64,000 bases of DNA from Octopus sinensis (GCF_006345805.1 NC_042998.1:207576001-207640000), one strand, 5' to 3'; numbered from the stretch's first letter, positions 11,037 to 23,419 are shown. Made by a program: numbers and translations. The notes: a model not told the origin generated them from the letters alone.

Positions 11037-11819
11037 GTAAGTTGGTTGACCCTTCATCTTCTAGCTGCTGCTGTTGTTGTTGTTGTTGTTAAGCAAAAAG
11101 ACGGGTAAGCGTGATTAGGTGATGGTCTAGGGCTTAGGGGCGGGAGATCCCAGACCTTCGAAAAAAAAAAAATTTGGTCATTTTGTTGTAGTCGAGGGCT
11201 CTTCGTTGACACCCGACACCACTGGGAGGTGGCCCTCAAAGTTGCTAGAAAGGGAGATCTCCAGGTCCAAATTCTTGGACTGCTGCTGTTGTTGTTATGG
11301 TTGGCGCTGTTAATTAGACCCTGGTCTACTCTAATCAAGTATGTCTCTGAATAAAGTTACTCCAGTCATGCCCATCATGTCTTTTTCAGATGTGTCTAAG
11401 TGCATGTGTGTATGTGTGGGAGTTCAGTTTTTCTTTTCATAGTTCATCTGTACCCCATGTATAAACTGGGGGCACTCAGTTTATACATGGGTTACAGGTG
11501 AACAACGAATGTTCCAGTTGATCTGATCAACGAAAACAGCCTGCTCGTGAAATTAACATGAAAGTGGCTGAGTACTCCACAGACATGCATTTCTTTAATG
11601 AAATTTTCAGGGAGATTCAGTGTGACACAGAATGTGACAAGGCTGGCCCCTTTGAATTACAGGTACTGCTAATTTTTGCCGGCTGAGTGGACAGGAGCAA
11701 TGTGAAAATAAAGAGTCTTGCTCAAGGACACAATGTGATGTCCGTAATCGAACTCACGACCTTACAGTCATGTGCCAAATACCCTTAACCACTAAGCCAT
11801 GGACCTCCAAACTCATATC

Positions 11820-12028
11820 TCTTTTACTTGTTTCAGTCATTTGACTGCAGCCATGCTGGAGCACTGCCTTTAGTCGACTAAATCGACCCCGGGACTTATT
11901 CTTTGTAAGCCCAGTACTTATTCTATCGGTCTCTTTTGCCGAACTGCTAAGTGATGGGGACATAAACACACCAGCATCGGTTGTCAAGCAATGCTAGGGG
12001 GACAAACACAGACACACAAACACACACA

Positions 12029-12068
<40 letters not shown>

Positions 12069-12222
12069 TATGCCAGGCTTCTTTCAGTTTACGTCTACCA
12101 AATCCACTCACAAGGCATTGGTCGGCCCGGGGCTATAGCAGAAGACACTTGCCCAAGATGCCACGCAGTGGGACTGAACTCGGAACCATGTGGTTGGTTA
12201 GCAAGCTACTTACCACACAGCC
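11820..12222 (-). mobile_element. SINE family B
   Basis: Family match. Confidence 0.82.
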
Positions 12223-13429
12223 TTCCTCTAATCATACTGTGCCCCTTCTCTCATCACCTCACCTAGAATCATCCCGCCCTCTCACTCTCTATATTCTCTC
12301 CATCCCTCCATTAGTGATGGGTGTGGGTCACATTTGGCTTGCAAAGGGACAGCAAGATTGCTGGTGACACAAAGAACAGAATAGCACTGAGAAGGGAATT
12401 CAGCCATATAAACTGTGCCAAAACGGAGTTCTTCAGATCCTGTTGAGCTGTCCAACCTATGTCAGCATGGGAAACGGACATTAAGTGATGATGACGGTGA
12501 TGACGATGACGTCGGTGATGAAGATGAGGTGGCGACAACAATGATGATGCTCATTGTGGTGGTAGTGGTGGCGGCAGTGATGATGATGATCATCATCATC
12601 ATGACAGTGATGATGATGGTGATGGGGATGCTGCTGCTGCTGTTGATGATGATGATGATGATGACAACGACAACAATGATGATCATGGTGATCAATTTGG
12701 GGGGACTAGAGTGACCCTAGTGCTCCACTGGTACTTATTTTATCAATCCTGATAGGACAAAAGGCAAAGTCTACCTCGGCAGAATTCAAACTTGGAATGT
12801 GAAGCTGGATGAAATACCATTAAGCATTTTACCTGGAATGTTAACAATTCTGCCAGTTTGCCACTATTTCAAATTTTGGCACATGGCCGGCAATTCTGGG
12901 GGAGGGGATTTACATCAACCCCAGTGTTCATAGGTACTTATTTTATCGATCCCGAAAAGATGAAAGGGAAAGTCAACCTCTGCGGAATTCTAAAAGTAAT
13001 GTAAATATTAAAAAAAAACTGTTTGTCCATCAATGGACAGAAAAAACAATAAAAGTTTTAACAAATCTCAGTTAAAAGCATCCAGTCCATGCTATAATGT
13101 GGTTGGCATCTGGAAGGGCATCCAGCCGTAAAAATCCTTGCCAAAACAGACACAGTAGCCTTGGGTAGATTCTCTACCTGGCTGGTTCCTGTCAACTGTC
13201 CTACCCATGCATGCATGGAAGACACATGCAAAACGATGATGATGATGATGATGATGATTTGAATAAATTTAACATTGTAGTTTTCAGTTGTGTTGTGTCG
13301 ACAGAAGGGTTCTTCTTGTCAAATTTCCTGTAATTATTAGAGAGAAACTTTAGATCAAATCTATAAGGAGGAAGCAGTCCATAAAACCTGGCTCTTTAGT
13401 GTAAAATATTTGAGGAGCGCACTTAATCG

Positions 13430-14280
13430 ACATACATACATACATGCATACATACATACATACATACAAACATACATACATACATACAAACATACATACA
13501 TACATACATACATACATACAAACATACATACATACATACAAACATACATACATACATACATACATACATACATACATACAAACATACACACAAACATACA
13601 TACATTCATACATACATACATACATGCATACATACATATATACTACATACATACACACATACATACACACATACATACACACATACATACATACATACAT
13701 ACATACATACATACATACATACACACAAACATACATAGATACATACATACACACATACATACACACACATACATACATACATACATACATACACACATAC
13801 ATACATACATACATACATACATACATACATACATACATACACACATACACACACACATACACACATACATACATACATACAAACATACATACATACACAC
13901 AAACATACATAGATACATACATACACACATACATACACACACATACATATATACACACATACATACACACATACATACATACATACATACATACATACGT
14001 ACATACATACATACTTACTCACATACAAACATACATACATACACACATACATACATACAAACATACATACATACATACAAACATACATACATACATACAT
14101 ACATACATACATACATACATACATACTCACATACAAACATACATACATACACACATACATACATACATACAAACATACATACATGCAGACATACAGACAT
14201 ACATACATACATACATACATGCATACATACAAACATACATACATATATACATACAAACAAACATATGTACCTATGTATAT
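13430..14280. repeat. (CATA)n microsatellite
   Basis: Seen directly. Confidence 0.97.
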
Positions 14281-14313
14281 ATGATGATGATGATGATGAT
14301 GATGATGTTACTA

Positions 14314-14356
<43 letters not shown>

Positions 14357-14604
14357 AGGGCGGGGCCTCAAGAATTCTCAAGCAATATATGAAAAAATTC
14401 TACTTTATTTTATTTTATTTTATTTTATTTCATTTTGTTTTTCGAATGAATGGAATGAAATCAAAGTCTGTGAAAAATCTGAAAACTTTCTGTACTTTGG
14501 ATATAAATAAACCAACAAACAGTTCCTTCCTTTCTTCTGACGAACCTCAGAAATGTTACCATTAAACAATCTTCTTAACAACCGACAACATTTTGTTACC
14601 ATAC

Positions 14605-14801
14605 GTATGTATGTATGTATGTCTATGTATGTATGTATGTATGTATGTATGTATGTATTTATGTGTGTGTGTCTATGTATGTATGTGTGTATGTATATTT
14701 GTGTGTATGTATGTGTGTATGTATGTGTGTATGTGTGTGTATGTATGTGTGTATTTATGTATGTGTGTGTATGTATATATGTGTGTATGTTTGTATGTGT
14801 G

Positions 14802-14834
<33 letters not shown>

Positions 14835-15075
14835 GCGTGTATATATATATGCATGTATGTATGTGCGTGTATATATATATGCATGTATGTATGTGTGTAT
14901 ATATGTATGTGTGTATGTATGTATGTATATTTGTATGTATGTATGTGTGTATGTATGTGTGTGTGTATGTGTATGTATGCATCGATGAATTGATAGACAG
15001 ACTGGGCTACATATACATAGACACATATAAATACACATCTATGTGTATATGTCAGTGTGTATATATATATACATA
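14605..15075. repeat. (TATG)n/(TG)n microsatellite
   Basis: Seen directly. Confidence 0.95.
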
Positions 15076-15167
15076 CATCTCCCATCCTGGGCCTGGTGCA
15101 GCCTCCTGGCTTCCCAGACCCCAATTGAACCGTCCAACCCATGCTAGCATGGAAAGCGGACGCTAAA

Positions 15168-15168
15168 C

Positions 15169-15209
<41 letters not shown>

Positions 15210-15268
15210 CAATGACGATGACGACTCCAATGATGATGATGATGATGATGATGATTATGACGATGATA

Positions 15269-15301
<33 letters not shown>

Positions 15302-15355
15302 ATGACGATGATGATGATGATGATGATGATGATTATGACGATGATGATGATTATA

Positions 15356-15395
<40 letters not shown>

Positions 15396-15408
15396 CGATG
15401 ACGATGAC

Positions 15409-15439
<31 letters not shown>

Positions 15440-15585
15440 TTGATGATGATAATTATGATGATGATTATGACGATGATGATGATTATGACGATGATGATTA
15501 TGATGATGATTATGATGATGATGATGATGATTATGACGATGATGATGATTATAACGATGATGATGACGATGATGATGATGATGAT
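15168..15585. repeat. (GAT)n microsatellite, the expanded tail of an RTE fragment at about 15090-15167
   Basis: Seen directly. Confidence 0.95.
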
Positions 15586-15613
15586 CTCCCAATTTCCCTT
15601 CTATGTTTTACAG

Positions 15614-15758
15614 TTTTAACTTCATAAGTTTCTCCGGCGTCTGTAAATCCTGGCAACCAAGTATTCAGCCGGCCACCAAGGAGAATTGTCAATCTGCCAT
15701 TGAATGGTTTTCGAAACTGGAAGCAGCTGGAAGCACTTGTACATTGGAAGCGCTGCAG
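15614..15758 (+). CDS. VWA3A: VWA3A-like exon E (FNFISFSGVCKSWQPSIQPATKENCQSAIEWFSKLEAAGSTCTLEALQ)
   Basis: ttttacag acceptor, CAG|gttaga donor; vWA FN.I.F and GST motifs. Confidence 0.92.
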
Positions 15759-15921
15759 GTTAGACAAACTTGGAATATTTCAAATACCTGAACACATCGA
15801 AATAGAAGAACACTTGAAAAATATTACTGTTTCCTCAAAATATGCAAACAATTCTGTAAGATTCTTTGGAAGAGTCATGGGTGGGGGGTCACAGGCATAA
15901 TAGGTTAACCATTTGTTTTCT

Positions 15922-16620
15922 AGTGTTGGGCCTCATAGGGGCAAAGTGGTTGAGTTCCTATTGAGTGTTAAGATTCACGGAGGTAAAGTGGCCGAGTTCC
16001 TTCCAAGTGTAGGGTCTCATAGGGGCAAAGTGACTGAGTTCCTTTGAAGCATTGGGCCTTACGGAGGCAAAGTGGTTGAGTTCCTTTCAAGTGTTGGGCC
16101 TGATGGAATCAAAATAGCTGGGTTCCTTTGAAGCATTGGGCCTCATGGAGGCAAAGTGGTTGAGTTCCTATGGAGTGCTGGGAGTCATGGAGGTAAAGTG
16201 GCTGAGTTCCAAGTGTAGGGCCTCATAGGGGCAAAGTGGCTGAGTTCCTTTTTAGTGATGGGCCTTACGGAGGCAAAGTGGTTGAGTGAGTTCATTTCAA
16301 GTGTTGGGCCTCGTGGAGGCAAAGTGGCTGAGTTCCTCTCAGGTGTTGGGCCTGACAGAGGCAAAGTGACTGAGTTCCTTTCGAGTGTTGGGCCTGATGG
16401 AATCAAAATAGCTGGGTTCCTTTGAAGCATTGGGCCTCATGGAGACAAAGTGGTTGAGTGAGTTCATTTCGTGTTAGTCCTCATGGAGGCAAAGTGGCTG
16501 AGTTCCTTTCAAGTGTTTGGCCTCACAGAGGCAATGACCAAGACCTTTGGCATTATGTCATGCTTGAGAAGAAGACCCATCAAGTGAAATCATAGTCATG
16601 GCAGATACTAGTGTGATGCA
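15922..16620 (+). repeat. About 41-bp minisatellite derived from the RTE ORF end
   Basis: About 14 units of gtgttgggcctcatggaggcaaagtggctgagttcctttcaa. Confidence 0.9.
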
Positions 16621-17069
16621 AATTGCAAGAAACAGCTGTTTCTTTCTCAAACATCTAAAGCAAACTTTTTCATGGACCCTTAAAATACTTCTGTGAACCC
16701 AATATACTGTTTTACTTTTGTGGGCCCCCAAAATTTTATATGAACCCTTGGGAGTCATATGGAGCCCAGTTGATAACCACTGACTTACAACCTCTAAAAG
16801 CAGTGTTAAACAAGGGGATATCACAGGCCTATCCCTAAAGAAAAAAAATTGGGAGACACATGTAGGACTGAGTTGTTTTATCATGATACCAGTTCTAGTG
16901 GGGGGGGGGGGGTTGTTTTGGTAGAAATTGTTCTCTTGGAAAAAATACAACTGGCTGCAGACTCTCCACAACTTAAAACAAATTCTAGTAAATTCCAATA
17001 AAAATGGTGAAAAGACAGTAAAAACGAAGAAACTCTTACTTCCTCTCATTTTTATTTCCTCCATTCCAG

Positions 17070-17221
17070 ATGGCCTTCTCTGATAACAAGACCAAAGCCA
17101 TATATTTACTCACAGATGGTAAACCAGACTCGAGCAGGTCTTTGGTTCTGCAACAAGTGAAATCCTTGAATGAAGAACGGAAAATCCCGGTGAACACAAT
17201 TTCTTTCAATTGTTCCGACAG
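17070..17221 (+). CDS. VWA3A: VWA3A-like exon F (MAFSDNKTKAIYLLTDGKPDSSRSLVLQQVKSLNEERKIPVNTISFNCSD)
   Basis: ttcctccattccag acceptor, AG|gtaaat donor; YLLTDGKPD MIDAS Asp motif. Missed by the ORF track. Confidence 0.93.
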
Positions 17222-17341
17222 GTAAATCCCAATGCATTCTGTCTTCCCTTATTAATTGCTTAATTTATTAAACATTAATCATCATCATCATCATTATTTA
17301 ATGTCCCTTTTTCCATACTATCTACTGTCTGCTTTCACACT

Positions 17342-18000
17342 TACTGACCACTCCGCTCCACTAACCTCTCCACTGACCACTCTCCCTTCCACTGACCACT
17401 CTCCTCTCCACTGACCACTCTCCTCTCCACTGACCACTCTCCACTCCACTAACCACTCCGCTCCACTGATCGCCCTCCTCTCCACTGACCACTCTCCTCT
17501 CCACTGACCACTCTCCTCTTCACTGACCACTCTCCACTCCATTAACCACTCCGCTCCACTGATCGCTCTCCTCTCCACTGACCACTCTCCTCTCCACTGA
17601 CCACTCTCCTCTCCACTGACCACTCTCCACTCCACTAACCACTCCGCTCCACTGATCGCTCTCCTCTCCACTGACCACTCTCCTCTCCACTGACCACTCT
17701 CCACTCCACTAACCACTCCGCTCCACTGATCGCTCTCCTCTCCACTGTCCACTCTCCTCTCCACTGACCACTCTCCACTCCACTAACCACTCCGCTCCAC
17801 TGATCGCTCTCCTCTCCACTGACCACTCTCCACTCCACTAACCACTCTCCTCTTCACTGACCACTCTTCACTCCATTAACCACTCTTCCCCACTGATTGC
17901 TCTCCTCTCCACTGACCACTCTCCATTCCACTAACCACTCCGCTCCACTGATTTCTCTCTGCTCCACTGACCACTCTCCACTCCACTGACCACTCTCTCT
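17342..18000. repeat. C/T-rich minisatellite (ctccactgaccactct variants)
   Basis: Seen directly. Confidence 0.92.
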
Positions 18001-18343
18001 TTCATTGACTTCGATTTACTCTACCCTCCCCCCACTGACCATTTTCACCTTCACTAAACTTTAGGCCTTCTCCTCCCCTCCACTCTCACAGCCACTGTTC
18101 CCTTACCTTTAACATCTCACCTTTTCACCATTAACTCCTCCGCCAATCCCTATTCCCCCGCCTCGACCCCTCTCCACTGACCACTCCCCTCCTCCTTGTC
18201 CACTTCCTCCTCTCCTCCTCCTCCTCCTCCTACTACTACTGCTACTACTATTTCTACCACCACCACCACCACCACCGCCGCCGCCACCACCATTCAGTGT
18301 TTAGAGTCCCCTGCCTAACCAGTCCTCTGTTCCATCTTTGCAG

Positions 18344-18470
18344 TGGTGCCAATGACTTCCTGAAGCAATTATCTCAACTCACTGCCGGTCGCTACCACAA
18401 GTCAGAGACGAGCTTCGATGTCAACCTCTTCCTTCATAAACTCCTCAACAAAGGTTTCCAAGACAACAGC
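18344..18470 (+). CDS. VWA3A: VWA3A-like exon G (GANDFLKQLSQLTAGRYHKSETSFDVNLFLHKLLNKGFQDNS)
   Basis: ctttgcag acceptor, AGC|gtaagt donor; FL..L...T.GRYH motif at the end of the vWA domain. Confidence 0.92.
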
Positions 18471-18514
18471 GTAAGTTGGCTCACTTTGTAGGACGTTACC
18501 AACTCACTGTCGCT

Positions 18515-18529
18515 CACCATCATCATCAC

Positions 18530-18569
<40 letters not shown>

Positions 18570-18590
18570 GTCAGCATCACCATCATCATC

Positions 18591-18635
<45 letters not shown>

Positions 18636-18683
18636 GTCAGCATCGTCATCACCATCATCATCATCACCATCATCATCATCACC

Positions 18684-18714
<31 letters not shown>

Positions 18715-18975
18715 CCACCACCACTATCACCATCACCACCACCAACATCATCATCATCATCGTCATCGTCATCGTCATCATCATCATCACCATCACCATC
18801 ACCATCACCATCTTCTTCATCATCATCATCATCATCATCTTTGTCGTCATTGCCGTCATTGACAGTTGTCATCGTTGGCTTCGTCATCTTCGTCATTGTC
18901 ATCATCATCACAACCACCACCACCACCACCATTGTCGTCATCGCCATTGTTCATTGTCATCATCATCATCATCAA
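18515..18975. repeat. (CAT)n microsatellite
   Basis: Seen directly. Confidence 0.95.
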
Positions 18976-19237
18976 CATTCAATGCTGGCATGGGTTGTAT
19001 GGTTTGTCAGGATCCAACCACTGCACCCTGCTCCTGCATCTCCTTTGGCAAGGTTTCTACGGTGGGATGCCTTTCCTGACACCAACCATTTCCATACCAT
19101 TCCTAAATATTACGAGGAATTGAATGGAAACTTGTTAAAGTATTTTGTGTGTTGTAGAAGTGTAGACAAGTTGAACTTTAACAAGATCGAATTTGGAACC
19201 CCAGGGATCACATGGGCCCCATTTGGGAATCAGCATC

Positions 19238-19287
<50 letters not shown>

Positions 19288-19325
19288 CATCATCATCATC
19301 ATTATTATTATTATTATTATTATTA

Positions 19326-19371
<46 letters not shown>

Positions 19372-19404
19372 GATGTTGTTGTTGTTGTTGTTATTTACTT
19401 TCAG

Positions 19405-19502
19405 CATCCTCAGCTGCCTAACTTTGAGAGTGATGATCTTAAGAAACTCAGCAAAGAAATTGAATTTGCTCGAACTTACCTGTCACAGTGTATGACATAC
19501 AG
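19405..19502 (+). CDS. VWA3A: VWA3A-like exon H (HPQLPNFESDDLKKLSKEIEFARTYLSQCMTY)
   Basis: tactttcag acceptor, AG|gtaaga donor; matches the VWA3A P.LP.FE.DDL..L..EI..AR..L.Q motif. Confidence 0.9.
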
Positions 19503-20865
19503 GTAAGATAATTAATGTTTGTACATAAATGTCACATTATGTGACACACAGGTGAAATATTTAATGTTTGTACATACCTGTCACATTGCATAATACACAG
19601 GTAAGATAACTCATTCAGACTTACCTGTGACATATAAGTGAAATAATAATTTGATCAGAGTTCTGTGACCATTTTCGTCGTTGGTCAATGGTATCGTAGA
19701 GACAGTAACTTGACCATCTCTGCTATGCCTGGGTTGTTTCCAGAAGCAAGTCCCTAGCCCCAAGTACACTTACCACTTTTCCACCCATGGATGACTGGCA
19801 CTCCATCTGTTATGATGACGAGGGTTCCATTTGATCCGATCAACGGAACAGCCTGCCCGTGAAATTAACATGCAAGTGGTTGAGTACTCCACAGAAACAT
19901 GTACCCTTAATGTAGTTCTCGGGGGAGATTCAGCCTGATACAGGATGTGACAAGGCTGGCCCCTTTTGAAATACAGGTACAACTCCTTTTTGCCAGCTGA
20001 GTGGACTGGAGCAAAGTGAAATAAAGTGTCTTGCCCAAGGACACAATGCAACACCAGGAATTGAACTCACGACCTTATAGTCATGAACTGAATACCGTAA
20101 CCTCTAAGCCACATGCCTTTACTTCCACCCAAGGGTAGGACACAAAGGAGAGATTATACATTCACAGCATCTATGGAACAACAGTGGGTGCCAGATATTG
20201 GTTAAATATAACTGTACATATCGTCCTTAGGGTTCCTCCCTCTAGATTTTCCGTAAGGGTTTAATCCCTTAGCTTTTTTTTTAAATGATCAGTAAATTAC
20301 CTGAAAAGGCAGCAGGGGTTACTCAGAATTATTCAACCTTACTACAGCCCTCATACCTCATTGCTCATTAATGGTTTCACCTCTTTATTAACCATTAACT
20401 TTAATTCTGTGTAATCAGATGTAATCCCAGATCTTTCCTCCAAATTCTTCCTGAAGGACCAAAGAGAAAGACTCTCAGTGGTTCCCAACTGTTTTTTTTT
20501 TCCAATGGACCTCTTTGGTTACTATTTTATTCTAGTGAACCCCCAAGGCTTTTATGAGACTTAGGGCTTCTGTGGAACTTAAGGTCTTTATAGGACCTGA
20601 TCTGGCCCTGCCTTTATCACAGGTACCTTTATGGTCATCTGATAGCCTTGTGTGATACTCTCTAGTCTCATGTTCTGGTGTTATACCATTGACCTGTGGT
20701 ATGTCTGTATGACCTCTATTCATTCTTAAGCAGGTCCCTGAGTTGAGAGATCTTTCTAATTGCTGCTAGGCACAACTCTGTCTTACACTTGAAGATGCTG
20801 TCCTCCTGTGAAATATTTCTGAGTTATCCACCTCTCTGGTTTATTGTTTTTTTTTTTTCTTACAG

Positions 20866-20909
20866 AGACATCTACAGTAACTTTCAGAACACCAAACTGA
20901 AATCAACAG
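20866..20909 (+). CDS. VWA3A: VWA3A-like short exon I (RDIYSNFQNTKLKST)
   Basis: Long poly-T tract plus cttacag acceptor, G|gtaaaa donor; phase 2 to 1 bridges exons H and J exactly. Confidence 0.75.
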
Positions 20910-20964
20910 GTAAAAAGTAGATTCGTTAACCTTCTAATCAAACTGTGTCTCAAAATATTAACAA

Positions 20965-21340
20965 TCACCACTGCCACCACCACCACTGCCACTGCCACTG
21001 CCGCCACCACCACCACCACCACCACCACCGCCGCCGCCACCACCACAGCTACCACCACCACCACCACCACCACCACCACCACCACCACCACCGCCGCCGC
21101 CACCACAGCTACCACCACCACCACCACCACCACCACCACCACCACCGCCGCCGCCACCACAGCTACCGCCATCATCATCATCACTGCTTCTAACGCCATT
21201 GTCACTGTCACCATCACCATCACCATCATCAGTATCATCTCCACTGCTTCCATTATCATCATCATCAGCATCACTATCATCATCGTCTCCATTACCATTA
21301 TCATCGTCATCATCATCATCAGCAACATCACCATCACTTC
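20965..21340. repeat. (CCA)n/(CAT)n microsatellite
   Basis: Seen directly. Confidence 0.9.
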
Positions 21341-21651
21341 ACCTGCTATCTTCGCTCATGTAATATAGTAATATTTATCAAAGCTAATCATACGAACATT
21401 ATACACTCTCTTTTGTATCAGCAATTAAACAAAATTAGGATCTTTTCCTTTTGATGGACGGAATTTTCTAGTTAACTAAACAATTTGAAACTTCATATAC
21501 TGGTAGAATGTGTGAAAAGAAAACATTATCGTAAACAAAATTGAAAACAAAATTGTAATTTGTAAGTTTAACATATAGCATCAATTTGACTAGATTTACA
21601 TTATATATAAATATATATATACTGCTTATATATATATATATATATATATAT

Positions 21652-21957
21652 AAGCTGACATGCAGTATCTGTGCAAGACCCTGCCTCAGTAAAGCTGGAC
21701 TCAAGAGTCATCTTCAAAGTCATAAAGTGAGACAGATGAGTGACAACCTGGCCACTGGTGGTGGTGTAACACACCATACTAATCATATCTGTCGGGCATG
21801 TGGAAGAGAGTGTAATTTGGCAGGAGGACTTAAACGACATGCAAAGGTACATGAAGCCCAGTTACAACTACAGCCGGCTATTACCGGTAAAGGTTTTAGT
21901 TGCCAATTCTGTACAAGACATTGTAGATCTTTAGCTGGGCTAAAAAGTCACATTCGA
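21652..21957 (+). mobile_element. Three C2H2 zinc fingers, probably the C-terminus of a zinc-finger-bearing RTE LINE ORF
   Basis: CSICARPCLSKAGLKSHLQSH, CRACGRECNLAGGLKRHAKVH, CQFCTRHCRSLAGLKSHIR. The C..C.R.C.S..GL.SH pattern is typical of RTE C-termini; no TGEKP linkers. Confidence 0.65.
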
Positions 21958-22728
21958 GACTTTTGGAAATATGATGTGTTTGAGAAGACTCGGCAAGCAC
22001 AAGTGAGACCATAACCTCGTGGCCTGTGCCAGGGGTGTAACCAGCCCACTTATGCATATCTTTCCTTCATTGGACACTAAACTCTGCTTGCAAAGACCTG
22101 TTGAGGCAAGTGAAATCGAAATCGAAATCAAATTCGATGACTGGCATCTGTGCTAGTGGAGCGCTAAGAGAACAATCTGAGCGTGATTGTTGCCAGAGCA
22201 GTTGACTGGCTTCCATGCCAGTGCCACGTAAGAGGCACCATTCGAGCATGATCGTTACCAGTATCGCCTTACTGGCACTTGTGGCAGTGACACGTGAAAA
22301 ACATTCAAGTGAGGTCATTGCCAGTGCTGCTGGACTGGCTCTTGTGCAGGTGGCACGTAAAAAAAACACCATTTCAGCATTGCCATTGCCAGTGCCACCT
22401 AACTGGACCATGTGCCGGTGACATGTAAAAAGCACCATCCGAACGTGGCAGATGTCCAGTGCCGCCTGACTGGCATCCGTGTCGTTGACATGTAAAAGCA
22501 CCAACCGATTGTGGCTGTTTGCCAGCCTGCTCTGGCCCCTGTGCCGGTGGCACGTAAAAGCACCCACTACACTCTCGGAGTGGTTGGTGGAAGGACATCC
22601 AGCTGTAGGAACTCTGCCAGATCAAGATTGGAGCCTGGTGAAGCCATCTGGTTCGCCAGTCCTCAGTCAAATCATTCAACCCATGCTAGCATGAAAAGCA
22701 GACGTTAAACAATGATGATGATGATGAT
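21955..22728 (+). mobile_element. RTE LINE 3' end (RDFWKYDVFEKTRQ plus modular UTR)
   Basis: Homologous to the ORF end and UTR of 5491-6846. Confidence 0.85.
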
Positions 22729-22739
22729 ATATACATATA

Positions 22740-23148
22740 CTCTTTTACTTGTTTCCGTCATTTGACTGTGGCCATGCTGGAGCACCACCTTTAGTCGAGC
22801 AAATCAACCCCAGGACTTATTTTTTGGAAGCCTAGTACTTATTCTATCGGTCTCTTTTGCCGAACTGCTAAGTTACGGGGGCATAAACACACCAGCATCG
22901 GTTGTCAAGAGATGTTGGAGGGACAAACACAGACACACAAACATATACATACACATAAATATATATATATATATATACATATATATGACTGGCTTCTTTC
23001 GGTTTCTGTCTACCAAATCCACTCACAAGACTTTGGTTGGCCTGAGGCTATAGTCGAAGACACTTGCCCAAAGTGCCATGCAGTGGTACTGAACCCGGAA
23101 CCATGTGCTTGGTAAGCAAGCTACTTACCACACAGCCACTCCTATGCC

Positions 23149-23150
<2 letters not shown>
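22740..23150 (-). mobile_element. SINE family B
   Basis: Family match. Confidence 0.82.
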
Positions 23151-23179
<29 letters not shown>

Positions 23180-23316
23180 ATTTTTTGTGTTATGAGATAA
23201 AAAAACCCCAAGGTTGTGTAGATATTAGAACATTTATACAAAGAAGGTCTTACAGCTGTTTCCAACATAGTTATTAATTATATCCCTTCATCGGAGATGA
23301 TATACATATATATCAG

Positions 23317-23354
<38 letters not shown>

Positions 23355-23419
23355 GTATACATACATACATACATACATATATATGTATAACATTTGTTTT
23401 ATTATCTATATATATTTCG

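Noticed and set aside
13350-15619. Long MYVC, HTYI, poly-M and poly-H ORFs
   Set aside because: Microsatellite translations inside a VWA3A intron.
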